Below, piece after piece: positions 41,831 to 52,310 of a stretch of DNA of 53,735 nt. Origin of the DNA: Acidimicrobiales bacterium (GTDB lineage Bacteria > Actinomycetota > Acidimicrobiia > Acidimicrobiales > Palsa-688). The stretch covers positions 1 through 53,735 of the forward strand of contig DASTHS010000199.1 of assembly GCA_035718085.1 (NCBI GenBank). Reading direction: 5' to 3'. Position numbers and translations under genes: made by a program. The notes below the pieces were generated by a model. That model ran no database searches. It saw only the letters and a program-made list of their open reading frames with translations, and was not told where the DNA came from. Every line of letters begins with the position of its first letter. Within the stretch, counting starts at the first letter, position 1.

Positions 41831-43567
41831 ATGAGACGATCGCCTTCGGCCAGCGACGTGCAGGCCACCTTCGCCGCCACCCTGGTCGACGAGTGGGTGC
41901 GCTCCGGTGTGACCGACGCGGTGGTCGCGCCCGGCTCGCGCTCGACCCCGCTGCTGGTGGCCCTGGGCGACGACCGCCGCATCGCCACCCACGTGGCCCT
42001 CGACGAGCGGGCCGCCGGCTTCATGGCCCTCGGATACGGCATGGCGACCGGCCGGCCGGCGCCGGTGGTCACGACCAGCGGCACCGCCGCGGTCGAGTTG
42101 CACCCGGCGGTGGTCGAGGCCGACCTCGCGGGCGTGGCCATGGTCGCCGTCACCGCCGACCGGCCGCCCGAGCTGCACCACGTGGGCGCCCCCCAGACCG
42201 TCGAGCAGGTCGGCCTCTACGGGGGCGCCACCCGCCTGGTGCTCGACCCGGGGGCGCCGACGGCCGACGGTGCCGGCGGGTGGCGTGCGCTGGCCGCCCG
42301 GGCGGTGGCCGCGGCGCGTGGCGGCCCGCTCGGCCCCGGCCCCGTGCAGCTGAACCTCGCCTTCCGTGAGCCGCTGCTCGGGCAGCCGGGCGCGCTCCCC
42401 GAGGGGCGGCCCGACGGCGCCCCGTGGACCCTGCCGAGCACGCCCGTGCCCGGCCCGGTCGACGACGCCGTGCTCGGCCGGCTCGTCGAGCGGCGGGCGG
42501 AGGCGGGCGTGATCGTGGCCGGCGCCGGGGCCGGCGACCCCGCCGTGGTGCTCGATGTCGCCTCTGCCCTCGGGTGGCCGGTGTTCGCCGACCCGAGGTC
42601 GGGGGTGCGCCTGCCCCACCACCTCGTCGTCGCCGCCGCGGACGCCCTGTTGCGCACCGACGTCGCCGGCTGGGAACCCCAGGCGGTGCTGCGGCTGGGC
42701 CGCCCCTGGGCGTCGAAGGTGCTCGGCTCGTGGCTCGCGCAGCGGGGGCCCGGAGCGGTCGACGTGCTGGTCGACCCGCACGGCCGGTGGGCCGACCCCG
42801 ACCGACGGGTCACCCACGTCATCGCCGCCGACCCGACCGGTGTCGGCCTCGCGCTGCAGGCCCGCGCCGGGGCGGGCGGCCACGTCGCCAGCCGCTGGGC
42901 CGCCCGCTGGCATCGCGCCGAGGCGGCGGCCCAGGTGGCCATCGGCGGTGTCTTGACCCCCGAGGCCGAGGGCCGGGCGCCACTGAGCGAGCCGGGGGTC
43001 GCCCGGGCGGTGACGGCGGCGGTTCCCGACGGCGGGGTGCTCGTGGTGTCGTCGTCGATGCCGGTGCGCGACGTCGAGTGGTTCTCGGCGCCCCGGCGGG
43101 GGATCCGGGTGCTGGCCAACCGCGGCGCCAACGGCATCGACGGGGTGGTGGCGACCTGCGTCGGTGCCGCCCTCTCGGGTACCCCCACCGTCGGGCTGCT
43201 CGGCGACCTGGCCTTCGTCTACGACGCCAGCGCCCTGCTGTGGGCGGCCCGGCGACCGGTGCGCTGCACCCTGGTGGTGGTCGACAACGACGGGGGCGGC
43301 ATCTTCTCGTTCCTCCCGCAGGCCGGCATGGCGCCCGGGCGCTTCGAGGAGATGTGGGGCACCCCGCACGGCCTCGACGTGGTCGCCGTGTGCCGGGCCT
43401 ACGGCGTGGCCGTCGCCGAGGTGGCGTCGGGCCCCGACCTGCTCGCCGCCGTCGGCGACCCCGGGCCGGGGGTGCGGGTGGTGGTGGTCCGCACCGACCG
43501 GCACGCCAACGTCGCCGCCCACGAGCGGGTCAACGCGGCGGTGGCGGCGGCGGTCGCGGGGCTGTGA
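41831..43567 (+). CDS. menD: SEPHCHC synthase (2-succinyl-5-enolpyruvyl-6-hydroxy-3-cyclohexene-1-carboxylate synthase)
   Basis: ThDP-enzyme N-terminus FAATLVDEWVRSGVTDAVVAPGSRSTPL and a C-terminal ThDP motif GDLAF...NDGGGIF. Confidence 0.9.
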   Translation: MRRSPSASDVQATFAATLVDEWVRSGVTDAVVAPGSRSTPLLVALGDDRRIATHVALDERAAGFMALGYGMATGRPAPVVTTSGTAAVELHPAVVEADLAGVAMVAVTADRPPELHHVGAPQTVEQVGLYGGATRLVLDPGAPTADGAGGWRALAARAVAAARGGPLGPGPVQLNLAFREPLLGQPGALPEGRPDGAPWTLPSTPVPGPVDDAVLGRLVERRAEAGVIVAGAGAGDPAVVLDVASALGWPVFADPRSGVRLPHHLVVAAADALLRTDVAGWEPQAVLRLGRPWASKVLGSWLAQRGPGAVDVLVDPHGRWADPDRRVTHVIAADPTGVGLALQARAGAGGHVASRWAARWHRAEAAAQVAIGGVLTPEAEGRAPLSEPGVARAVTAAVPDGGVLVVSSSMPVRDVEWFSAPRRGIRVLANRGANGIDGVVATCVGAALSGTPTVGLLGDLAFVYDASALLWAARRPVRCTLVVVDNDGGGIFSFLPQAGMAPGRFEEMWGTPHGLDVVAVCRAYGVAVAEVASGPDLLAAVGDPGPGVRVVVVRTDRHANVAAHERVNAAVAAAVAGL

Positions 43568-43585
43568 ACCCGCCCGGCGGGCCGT

Positions 43586-44830
43586 TCAGGGTCGCACGAG
43601 GGCGGCGAGGAGCGCCTGCAGCTTGAGCTGCGTCTCGGCCAGCTCGGCCACCGGGTCGGAGTCGGTGACCACGCCGACGCCGGCGAAGAGCGAGGCGCGG
43701 GCGCCGTCGACCACCGCCGACCGGATGCCGAGCGCCAGGTCGCCGTCCCCCGAGGCGCCCAGCCAGCCGACCGGGCCGGCGTAGCGGCCGCGCTCGAAGC
43801 CCTCGACGGCCTGCAGGTGGGCGACGGCCTCCTTGGTCGGGGTCCCCCCGACCGCCGGGGTGGGGTGCAGGGCCGCCACCAGCTCGAGGGCACCCGGCAG
43901 GCTGCCGTCCGCACGGGAGGCCAGCCGACCGCGCACGTGGGTGGCGAGGTGCGACACGTTGCGCAGCGCCACGATCGCCGGGGTGTCGGGCACCTCGAGC
44001 TCGCTGCACAGCGGGCGGAGGGCGGCGTCGAGCAGGTCGATGACCAGCTGGTGCTCGGCGCGGTCTTTCGTCGACGCCTGCAGCCCGCGGATCAGCGCGT
44101 CGTCGGCGTCGGTGTCGCCGCTGCGGGCGACGGTCCCGGCGAGTGGGTGGCTCTCGACCCGGTCGCCGCGTCGGGCCACCAGCAGCTCGGGGCTGGCGCC
44201 GATGAACCCGTCGACCGCCCACAGCATGCAGGTCGGGTAGAGGGCGGCCAGCCGGCCGAGCACCTCGGCAAGGGGGAACGGGCGGTTGGCCTCCACGTCG
44301 ACCCGTCGGGCCAGCACCACCTTGTCGAGCGCCCCGGTGCGGATCCGGGCGACGGCGTCGGCGACAAGCGCCCGCCACTGGTCGTGGGGCAGCGGGCTGC
44401 TCAGGGCGAAACCGTCGGGGGCGGCGGTGGCCACGGGCTCCGGCCAGGGGTCAGGGTGATCGCCGGGGGCACCGACCACGGTCACCCACGCGCCCTCGGC
44501 ATCGGCGCCCCAGAGGGTGCGGGGGATCACCAGGCTGCCCGGCGCCGCCGGGTCGAACGGGAGGGCGGCGAGGGCCACGGGGCCGGTGCCCGGCCGGCCG
44601 ACGGGGTCGTCGGCCCTGATGCCGGCGAGGACGGCCTGGGCCCGGGCCACGTCGCCGTCGTCGGCGAGGCCACCCGGGAGGTCGACGCGCACCGCGGCCC
44701 CCACGCCGCCGAGGCGCAGGCCTGCGCCTTGCCACACGACGGCGCCGGGGACGTCGGCGAGGGCCAGCACGTCGGGCACGGCGTCGACGCGGGTGGTGGT
44801 GGCGACCAGTCCGCCGACGGTGGCGGTCAC
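43586..44830 (-). CDS. menF: Isochorismate synthase
   Basis: Chorismate-binding core: PLAGTVARSGD, LHPTPAVGGTP, RGRYAGPVGW. GTG 44830 overlaps the menG stop (GTGA). Confidence 0.85.
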   Translation of the reverse strand: MTATVGGLVATTTRVDAVPDVLALADVPGAVVWQGAGLRLGGVGAAVRVDLPGGLADDGDVARAQAVLAGIRADDPVGRPGTGPVALAALPFDPAAPGSLVIPRTLWGADAEGAWVTVVGAPGDHPDPWPEPVATAAPDGFALSSPLPHDQWRALVADAVARIRTGALDKVVLARRVDVEANRPFPLAEVLGRLAALYPTCMLWAVDGFIGASPELLVARRGDRVESHPLAGTVARSGDTDADDALIRGLQASTKDRAEHQLVIDLLDAALRPLCSELEVPDTPAIVALRNVSHLATHVRGRLASRADGSLPGALELVAALHPTPAVGGTPTKEAVAHLQAVEGFERGRYAGPVGWLGASGDGDLALGIRSAVVDGARASLFAGVGVVTDSDPVAELAETQLKLQALLAALVRP

Positions 44831-45522
44831 CGGCGCCTCGTGGCGGTGACCAGCTGGGTCACGCCGAGGGTCAGCAACGAGCGGGTCACCGTGGCGAACC
44901 CGGCGTCGCGCAGTTGGTCGAGCATCACCGGCGGCGACGGCAGGTAGGCCACCGACCGGGGGAGGTAGGCGTAGGCGTCGGCGTCCGAGAGCAGCCCTCC
45001 CAAGCGCGGCACCACCGACCCGAAGTACACCCGGTGGCCGGCGCGCAGCACCGCGGATCGGGGCTCGGCCACCTCGAGGAGCGCGATGCGCCCGCCCGGG
45101 CGCACGACCCGGGCCAGCTCTGCCCACAGCGACGGCAGGTCGGCCACGTTGCGCAGCGCCCAGCCGCTGACGACCCCGTCGACCGATCCGTCGGCGAACG
45201 GCAGGGCGAGCGCGTCGCCGTGCACGAGCGGCGCAGCGGTGACCGCCTTGTCGAGCATGCCGCGCGACAGGTCGATGCCGATCGGCCGCTGCCCGGCCCG
45301 GGCCAGTGCCACGCACAGCTCGCCGGGCCCGCAGGCCACGTCGAGCACCCGGGCCGCCGCCGGGAGGTCGAGGGCACGCACCGCCCGGCGCCGCCACCCC
45401 CGGTCGAGCCCGAAGGTCATCAGCGTGTTCATGAGGTCGTAGCGCGGGGCGATGGCGTCGAACATCGACCGCACCGCTGCGACCTTGGCGGCACCCTCGG
45501 GCAGGGCGGGGGCAGCGGTCAC
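44827..45522 (-). CDS. menG: Demethylmenaquinone methyltransferase (UbiE/MenG family)
   Basis: VRSMFDAIAPRYDLMNTLMTFGLDRGWRR and SAM motif VLDVACGPG. GTG 45522 is chosen because it follows the upstream stop. Confidence 0.8.
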   Translation of the reverse strand: MTAAPALPEGAAKVAAVRSMFDAIAPRYDLMNTLMTFGLDRGWRRRAVRALDLPAAARVLDVACGPGELCVALARAGQRPIGIDLSRGMLDKAVTAAPLVHGDALALPFADGSVDGVVSGWALRNVADLPSLWAELARVVRPGGRIALLEVAEPRSAVLRAGHRVYFGSVVPRLGGLLSDADAYAYLPRSVAYLPSPPVMLDQLRDAGFATVTRSLLTLGVTQLVTATRRR

Positions 45523-45529
45523 CGGCGGC

Positions 45530-45985
45530 TCACTGGTAGTAGCGGAACAGTGCCTCGGCCACGCACACCGGCTTGGTGCCACCCTCGATCTCGAAGGTGA
45601 GGCGCACCTTGACCTGCACGCCGCCGGCGACGTCGTCGACGGCCAGCAGCTCGCCGCCGGCGCGCAGCTTGGAGCCGACGGGCACGGGCGACGGGAAGCG
45701 CACCTTGTCGAGGCCGTAGTTGACCCCCATGCTGATGCCCTTCACCGCCATGATCTCGCCGGAGAGCGCGGCTGCGAGCGACAACGTGAGGTACCCGTGG
45801 GCGATGGGCCCGCCGAAGGGGCCGCCCTTGGCCCGCTCGGGGTCGACGTGGATCCACTGGTGGTCGCCGGTGGCGTCGGCGAAGAGGTTGACCTGCTCCT
45901 GGGTGATCTCGTGCCACTCGCTGTGGCCGAGGTGGTCGCCGACCTTGGCCTTGAGCTGGTCGATGCCGTCGATGATCGTGGTCAT
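45530..45985 (-). CDS. htdZ: MaoC-like (3R)-hydroxyacyl-CoA dehydratase, HtdZ (Rv0130)-like
   Basis: ITQEQVNLFADATGDHQWIHVDPERA, INYGLDKVRFPSPVPVGS and CVAEALFRY are almost the same as the Rv0130 sequence as I recall it. Confidence 0.85.
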   Translation of the reverse strand: MTTIIDGIDQLKAKVGDHLGHSEWHEITQEQVNLFADATGDHQWIHVDPERAKGGPFGGPIAHGYLTLSLAAALSGEIMAVKGISMGVNYGLDKVRFPSPVPVGSKLRAGGELLAVDDVAGGVQVKVRLTFEIEGGTKPVCVAEALFRYYQ

Positions 45986-46011
45986 GGGCGCGGAGGCTAG
46001 GGCCGGGCCGC

Positions 46012-46362
46012 TCAGTGGAACCAGGTGCGGTAGTAGCTGCGGCTCAACGGGTGCAGCAGCAACGCCAGCAAGGCGATGGCGAAGAGCAGGTTGATCGCCA
46101 CGTTGAACGAGTGCACGGCGACGAGCAGGGCCACGTTGAGCACGGCGACGGCGACGCCGACCCAGTAGAGCACCTTGCGCTCGTTGGCCACCCCCCACCC
46201 GGCGGCCGCCGAGCCGGCCATGAGCACGAAGCCGAGGGGGTTGAGGAAGGCGCCCCCGATCAGCGCGAACACCGCGTTGATGTACATCACGATGGTCGCG
46301 ATGTAGAGGGTCTGCGGCTGCGAGCGGTCGAGCCACTTCTGCGAGGCCATGGCGAACAGCAT
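46012..46362 (-). CDS. Small integral membrane protein (116 aa, 3-4 TM), unknown function
   Basis: Hydrophobic segments lie at about residues 18-39, 43-59, 64-83 and 88-103. It is visibly less GC-rich than its neighbours. No motif recognised. Confidence 0.6.
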   Translation of the reverse strand: MLFAMASQKWLDRSQPQTLYIATIVMYINAVFALIGGAFLNPLGFVLMAGSAAAGWGVANERKVLYWVGVAVAVLNVALLVAVHSFNVAINLLFAIALLALLLHPLSRSYYRTWFH

Positions 46363-46377
46363 GGCCGACCGGGTGGG

Positions 46378-47451
<1,074 letters not shown>

Positions 47452-47454
47452 CCC

Positions 47455-47460
47455 AGGCTA
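47455..47460 (-). promoter_or_regulatory. Candidate -10 hexamer TAGCCT for rlmN
   Basis: Lies in the 16-nt gap after the mshD stop, at -12..-7 relative to GTG 47448. Confidence 0.3.
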
Positions 47461-47467
47461 CGGGGGC

Positions 47468-48427
47468 TCAGCCGACGGCCGGCACGTCGCCGATGTAGGC
47501 CCGGTCGACGTGGTGCACAACGAAGCCGAGGTCGACGTAGAGCTTCACGGCCCGGGTGTTGCCGGCGTCGACGTAGAGCATGCCGGTGCGGATGCCCCGA
47601 CCCGCGAGCGAGGCCAGGCCGGCGAGGGTCATGCGCCGCCCCAGGCCCCGGCCCCGGTCGGGGTCGACGGCGATCACGTAGATCTCACCGACGGGCGGGT
47701 CGTGGTCGGCGTGCACCTTGGTCCAGCAGAACCCGGCCAGGGCGCCGTCGCGCTCGTGGAGCAGGAAGCCGTCGGGGTCGAACCACGGCTCGGCCTCACG
47801 CTCGCGCAGGGTGTCGAGATCCCAACCTCCCTGCTCGGGATGCCAGGAGAACGCCCGGTTGTTGACATCGAGCCAGCGCTCCTCGTCCCGGCCGGGCACG
47901 AAGGTGCGGGTCGCCAGGGTGGCCGCCTCCGCGCCGAGGTCGTCGTCGAGGGGCAGCGGGCGGCGCATCTGGTAGAGGGTCCGCCCCGCCGCCAGCCCGG
48001 CGGCGGCGGCCACCCGGTCGTGCTCGGGCCGCGGCTGGTTCACCCACAGGTGCACGTGGCCACCGCCCCCCTCGGCGATGACCCGGGCCGCCCCGGAGAC
48101 CAGCGCCTCCCCGATGGTGTTGCCCGGCCGGCGGTGGTGGGGGTCGACGACGTACTCGAGGGCCCAGCTGCCGCCCCGCGGCGCCCGGCTGACCTGGGCG
48201 TAGCCGACCGGGTGCTCGTGGTCGGCCTCGAAGGCGATCAACCCGGCGAACCCGGTGCGACCGCCCTCGGCGGCGTCCAGCCATGCGTGCTCGTCGAGCG
48301 GCGCGTGGTCGTCGGCGAGGCGCGCCTCTTCGACGATGCGCCCCACCGCCGCCATCTCGTCGGGCGACAGGCGCCGGCGCACCTCGATCCGCACCCGCCG
48401 CACGGTAGCCGTAGGGTCGCACCCCAT
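47468..48427 (-). CDS. mshD: Mycothiol synthase (two-GNAT-domain acetyltransferase)
   Basis: [37 protein letters not shown] and [10 protein letters not shown] follow MshD (Rv0819) closely. GTG 48403 is an alternative start. Confidence 0.85.
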   Translation of the reverse strand: MGCDPTATVRRVRIEVRRRLSPDEMAAVGRIVEEARLADDHAPLDEHAWLDAAEGGRTGFAGLIAFEADHEHPVGYAQVSRAPRGGSWALEYVVDPHHRRPGNTIGEALVSGAARVIAEGGGGHVHLWVNQPRPEHDRVAAAAGLAAGRTLYQMRRPLPLDDDLGAEAATLATRTFVPGRDEERWLDVNNRAFSWHPEQGGWDLDTLREREAEPWFDPDGFLLHERDGALAGFCWTKVHADHDPPVGEIYVIAVDPDRGRGLGRRMTLAGLASLAGRGIRTGMLYVDAGNTRAVKLYVDLGFVVHHVDRAYIGDVPAVG

Positions 48428-49106
48428 GGCCAGGCCCCGCACGCCGGCCGGGCGCGCCAAGGTGGTGGTCGCCCGGCTCGCCGACGAGTACCCGGGCACG
48501 GCGCAGGAGCTCTGCGAGCTGGAGTTCGCCGACCCCTGGCAGCTGCTGGTCGCCACCGTGCTGTCGGCGCAGACCACCGACGTGGCGGTCAACGCCGTCA
48601 CCCCGATGCTCTTCGCCCGCTACCCCGGCCCTGCCGACCTGGCCGCCGCCGACCCTGGCGACGTCGAGCAGATCGTGCGGCGCACCGGGTTCTTCCGGTC
48701 GAAGACCAGGTCGGTCATCGGACTGGCCTCGGCGGTGGTCGACCGCTTCGGCGGCCGGGTACCGACCCGCCTCGACGACCTCACCACCCTGCCGGGGGTG
48801 GGCCGCAAGACGGCCAACGTCGTGCGCAGCGTGGCGCTCGACCAGCCCGGCCTGCCCGTCGACACCCACGTCACCCGGCTGTCGGCGCTGCTCGGGCTGA
48901 CCACCGAGACCGACCCGGTGAAGATCGAGGCCGACCTGTGCGCGCTGCTGCCACGGAGCGAGTGGGGCACGGCCAGCCTCCGGTTGATCCTGCATGGCCG
49001 ACGGGTGTGCGTCGCCCGCCGGCCACGCTGCGGCGACTGCGTGCTCGCCGATGTCTGCCCCTCGGCGCGGCTGCCGATGGCGGTGGCCGCCGGCCGCCGC
49101 CGTTAG
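48426..49106 (+). CDS. nth: Endonuclease III
   Basis: HhH-GPD motif [12 protein letters not shown] and the C-terminal [4Fe-4S] motif [17 protein letters not shown]. Confidence 0.9.
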   Translation: MARPRTPAGRAKVVVARLADEYPGTAQELCELEFADPWQLLVATVLSAQTTDVAVNAVTPMLFARYPGPADLAAADPGDVEQIVRRTGFFRSKTRSVIGLASAVVDRFGGRVPTRLDDLTTLPGVGRKTANVVRSVALDQPGLPVDTHVTRLSALLGLTTETDPVKIEADLCALLPRSEWGTASLRLILHGRRVCVARRPRCGDCVLADVCPSARLPMAVAAGRRR

Positions 49107-49291
49107 CCGGCGTCGCCGACGGCTCGGGCCAGGCGCCGGCTGGCCGCCTGCAGGGTGCGCTCCACCTCGAAGAGGGTGGAGCCGACCGCCTCCGCCTGGG
49201 CGCCGGTCAGCCCCTCGGCCAACCGGGTGAGGCGCCCGGCCAGCTCGTCGAGGCTCGTCGAGAGCGAGCCGAGCTCGGCGGCCAGGCTCAC
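49103..49291 (-). CDS. Possible small helical protein (62 aa)
   Basis: This is the only ORF filling the nth-hisD gap. It has a GTG start and heptad-like Leu/Ala/Glu/Arg composition. It is the 3' tail of an artefactual 534-aa antisense ORF, so the coding status is uncertain. Confidence 0.35.
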   Translation of the reverse strand: MSLAAELGSLSTSLDELAGRLTRLAEGLTGAQAEAVGSTLFEVERTLQAASRRLARAVGDAG

Positions 49292-49333
49292 CGGTGGGCC
49301 CTCCGGGGGTCCGCAAGTACGATCGGCGTCCGC

Positions 49334-50638
49334 ATGCCCCCCATCCTGACCCGCATCGACCTGCGTGGCGTCACCGGCGACCTGCGCACCCTGCTGCCCG
49401 CCCCGTCGGCGGGCCAGGAGGGCCCGGTCGACGCCGTCGCCGCCATCCTCGCCGAGGTGCGCGCCGGCGGCGACGGCGCCGTGCGTGCGCTGACCGAGCG
49501 CTTCGACCACGTCGCCGTCGACGACCTCGCCGTCGGCGCCGACGAACGCACGGCCGCCCTCGGCCGGGTGCCGGCGGCGCTGCGCGCCGCACTGGAGGCG
49601 GCGGCCGACAACATCGACGCCTACCACCGCTCGACGCTGCACCCCGACGGCAGCTTCGAGCGCGACGGCCTGACCGTGCGCGAGGTGCGCCAGGCGGTCG
49701 AGCGGGCCGGCTGCTACGTGCCGGGGGGCCGAGCCGCCCTGGCGTCGAGCGTGCTGATGACCGCCATCCCCGCCCGGGTCGCCGGCGTTGGCTCGGTGGT
49801 CGTCTGCTCCCCGCCGGGTCCCGACGGCCGGGTCGCCGACTCGGTGCTCGCCGCTTGTGCGGTCGCCGGCGTCGACGAGGTCTACCGGGTCGGGGGCGCC
49901 CAGGCGATCGCCGCCATGGCCTACGGCACCGAGACGGTGCGGCCCGTCGACGTGATCGTCGGGCCCGGCAACGTCTACGTCGCAGTGGCCCAGCGCCTGG
50001 TCGCCCAGCAAGGGCTGGTCGGCGTGCCCAGCGCGTTCGCCGGACCTAGCGAGGTGGCGGTGATCGCCGACGAGTCGACCCCGGTCGACCTGGCCGCCAT
50101 CGACCTGGTGGTTCAGGCCGAGCACGGGCCCGACGGCCTGGCCTGGCTGGTGACCTGGTCGGAGCAGGTCGCCGACGCGGTGACCGAGGCGGTGGCCCGG
50201 CTGACGGCGGTCTCCCCCCGGCGCGCCGAGATCGAGTCGACCCTCGGGCGGGGCGGCTACGCCGTGGTCGTCGACGGGCCCGACCAGGCCGTCGACGTGG
50301 CGAACGTGATCGCCGCCGAACACCTGGAGGTGATGACCGCCGACCCCGACGCGCTCGTCCGGGGCATCCGGGCCGCCGGTGCCGTCTTCACCGGCCGCTT
50401 CGCCCCGGCCAGCGTCGGCGACTACGCCGCCGGGCCCAGCCACGTGCTGCCCACCGCCCGCTCGGCCCGCTTCGGCAGTGCCCTGCGCTGCGACGACTTC
50501 TGCCGGCACATCCACGTCGTCGACCTCGACCAGGCCGCCCTCGACCGCCTGGCGCCGCACGTGGCCGCCATCGCCGAGGCCGAGGGGCTCGCCGCCCACG
50601 CCGAGTCGGTGTGGCTGCGCGCCAGCAGCCGGCCGTGA
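49334..50638 (+). CDS. hisD: Histidinol dehydrogenase
   Basis: 434 aa with a family-typical N-terminus and core (CYVPGGRAALASSVLM, QAEHGPD, PSHVLPT). Confidence 0.95.
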   Translation: MPPILTRIDLRGVTGDLRTLLPAPSAGQEGPVDAVAAILAEVRAGGDGAVRALTERFDHVAVDDLAVGADERTAALGRVPAALRAALEAAADNIDAYHRSTLHPDGSFERDGLTVREVRQAVERAGCYVPGGRAALASSVLMTAIPARVAGVGSVVVCSPPGPDGRVADSVLAACAVAGVDEVYRVGGAQAIAAMAYGTETVRPVDVIVGPGNVYVAVAQRLVAQQGLVGVPSAFAGPSEVAVIADESTPVDLAAIDLVVQAEHGPDGLAWLVTWSEQVADAVTEAVARLTAVSPRRAEIESTLGRGGYAVVVDGPDQAVDVANVIAAEHLEVMTADPDALVRGIRAAGAVFTGRFAPASVGDYAAGPSHVLPTARSARFGSALRCDDFCRHIHVVDLDQAALDRLAPHVAAIAEAEGLAAHAESVWLRASSRP

Positions 50639-51711
50639 CCGTGACCTCCGGCCGGCTGCCCGATCCCCGCCCCGACCTGGCGCTGCGCGAGGGCTACCAC
50701 TCGCCACAGGTCGACGTCGAGGTGCGCCTCAACACCAACGAGTCGCCCCTGGCGCCCCCCGAGGGGTGGGTGGCCGAGCTGCAGGCCGCGATCGGCGCCA
50801 CCGACTTCCACCGCTACCCCGACCGCCGGGCCACCGCCCTGCGCGGCGCCCTCGCCGACCTGCACGGCGTGGACGTCGCCCAGGTGTTCGTGGCCAACGG
50901 CTCCAACGAGGTGCTGCAGTCGGTGCTGCTCGGCTACGGCGGCCCCGGCCGCCGGGCGCTCACCTTCGAGCCGACCTACGCCCTGCACGCGCACATCGCC
51001 CACCTGACGGGCACCGAGGTGGTCACCGCCCCCCGCCGGGACGACTTCTCGGTCGATCCCGACGCCGCCGCCGACGCCGCCGCCTCCCTCGACGCGGCCG
51101 TCACCTTCCTCTGCAGCCCCAACAACCCGACCGGCAACGGCGAGGACCGCGCCACGGTGGCTGCCGTGCTCGCCGCCGCACCGGGGCTGGTCGTCGTCGA
51201 CGAGGCCTACGGCCAGTTCGCCGACTGGAGCGCCCTCGAGCTCGTCGACGACGCCACCCCGCTGGTCGTGACCCGCACCTTCTCCAAGACGTGGTCGATG
51301 GCGGCGATGCGCCTCGGCTACGCCGTCGCTGCGGCCCCGGTCGTCGAGGTGCTCGAGCGGGTGGCGTTGCCCTACCACCTCGACGCCGTCAAGCAGCAGG
51401 CCGGCCTGCTGGCCGTGGCGCACGTGGCCGAGATGGAGGCTCGCGTCGGTCTGATCGTCCGCGAGCGCGAGCGGCTCGTCGCCGCGCTGGGCCGCCTGCC
51501 GGTCACGGTGTGGCCGTCGCAGGCCAACTTCGTGCTGTTCCGGCCCGAGCGGCGCAACGGGCGCGACGTCTGGCAGGGCCTGGTCGACCGGTCGGTGCTC
51601 GTGCGCGACACGTCGTCGTGGCCCGGCCTCGGCGGCTGCCTGCGGGTCACCGTCGGCACCCCCGACGAGAACGGCCGGTTCCTCGCTGCCCTCGGGGAGG
51701 TGCTGGCATGA
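50635..51711 (+). CDS. hisC: Histidinol-phosphate aminotransferase
   Basis: LNTNESP, PNNPTG and FSKTWSMAAMRLGY (PLP Lys). GTG 50635 overlaps the hisD stop (GTGA). The longest ORF starts at 50611. Confidence 0.9.
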   Translation: MTVTSGRLPDPRPDLALREGYHSPQVDVEVRLNTNESPLAPPEGWVAELQAAIGATDFHRYPDRRATALRGALADLHGVDVAQVFVANGSNEVLQSVLLGYGGPGRRALTFEPTYALHAHIAHLTGTEVVTAPRRDDFSVDPDAAADAAASLDAAVTFLCSPNNPTGNGEDRATVAAVLAAAPGLVVVDEAYGQFADWSALELVDDATPLVVTRTFSKTWSMAAMRLGYAVAAAPVVEVLERVALPYHLDAVKQQAGLLAVAHVAEMEARVGLIVRERERLVAALGRLPVTVWPSQANFVLFRPERRNGRDVWQGLVDRSVLVRDTSSWPGLGGCLRVTVGTPDENGRFLAALGEVLA

Positions 51712-52310
51712 CCAGGGCTGCGACCCGCCGACGGGTGACCAAGGAGACCACCATCACGGTGGCCGTCGACCTCGACGGCACCGGCAGCGCCGACGTCGCC
51801 ACCGGCATCCCCTTCTTCGACCACATGGTCGCCCAGCTGGCCAAGCACGGCAGCCTCGACCTCACCCTGCACGCCGAGGGCGACGTGGCCGTCGACACCC
51901 ACCACACGGTCGAAGACGTCGGCATCCTGCTCGGCGAGGCCCTGCGCGAGGCCCTCGGCGACAAGGCCGGGATCCGCCGCTTCGGGTCGGTCGCCCTCCC
52001 GCTCGACGAGGCCCTGGTGGAGGTGGCGCTCGACCTGTCGGGCCGGCCGTTCCTCGTCTACGAGGTCGACCCGACCGGAGGGCGCGGCGACGCGTTCCTG
52101 CTCGGGTCGCCCGGCTTCGACCCGCAGCTGGCCGAGGAGTTCTGGCGAGCGTTCGCGACCTCGGCCGCCATCACCCTGCACCTGCGGATGCGCTCGGGGG
52201 TCAACACCCACCACATCCTCGAGGCCAGCTTCAAGGGCGTCGCCCGGGCCCTGCGCGACGCCGTGCGCATCGAGGGCGGGGGCGTGCCGTCGACCAAGGG
52301 GACGCTGTGA
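51708..52310 (+). CDS. hisB: Imidazoleglycerol-phosphate dehydratase
   Basis: TKETTITV, GIPFFDHM, DTHHTVEDVGI and NTHHILEASFKG. ATGA overlap with hisC. Confidence 0.95.
   Translation: MTRAATRRRVTKETTITVAVDLDGTGSADVATGIPFFDHMVAQLAKHGSLDLTLHAEGDVAVDTHHTVEDVGILLGEALREALGDKAGIRRFGSVALPLDEALVEVALDLSGRPFLVYEVDPTGGRGDAFLLGSPGFDPQLAEEFWRAFATSAAITLHLRMRSGVNTHHILEASFKGVARALRDAVRIEGGGVPSTKGTL

Noticed and set aside
45530-45985. The hotdog-fold gene upstream of menG as the missing DHNA-CoA thioesterase of menaquinone synthesis.
   Set aside because: The sequence is almost the same as the (3R)-hydroxyacyl-CoA dehydratase HtdZ (Rv0130) over its whole length as I recall it, including the GDHQWIH motif. Operon context alone does not justify reassigning it.
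46012-46362. The lower-GC small membrane gene as a horizontally acquired insertion.
   Set aside because: There are no flanking repeats, no integrase and no tRNA. It is tightly packed between same-strand housekeeping genes, and amino-acid composition explains the GC dip.
49292-49333. A histidine attenuator or T-box leader upstream of hisD.
   Set aside because: At most 42 nt (or 227 nt if the small ORF is spurious) are available. I see no His-codon-rich leader peptide and no T-box-like specifier or antiterminator structure.
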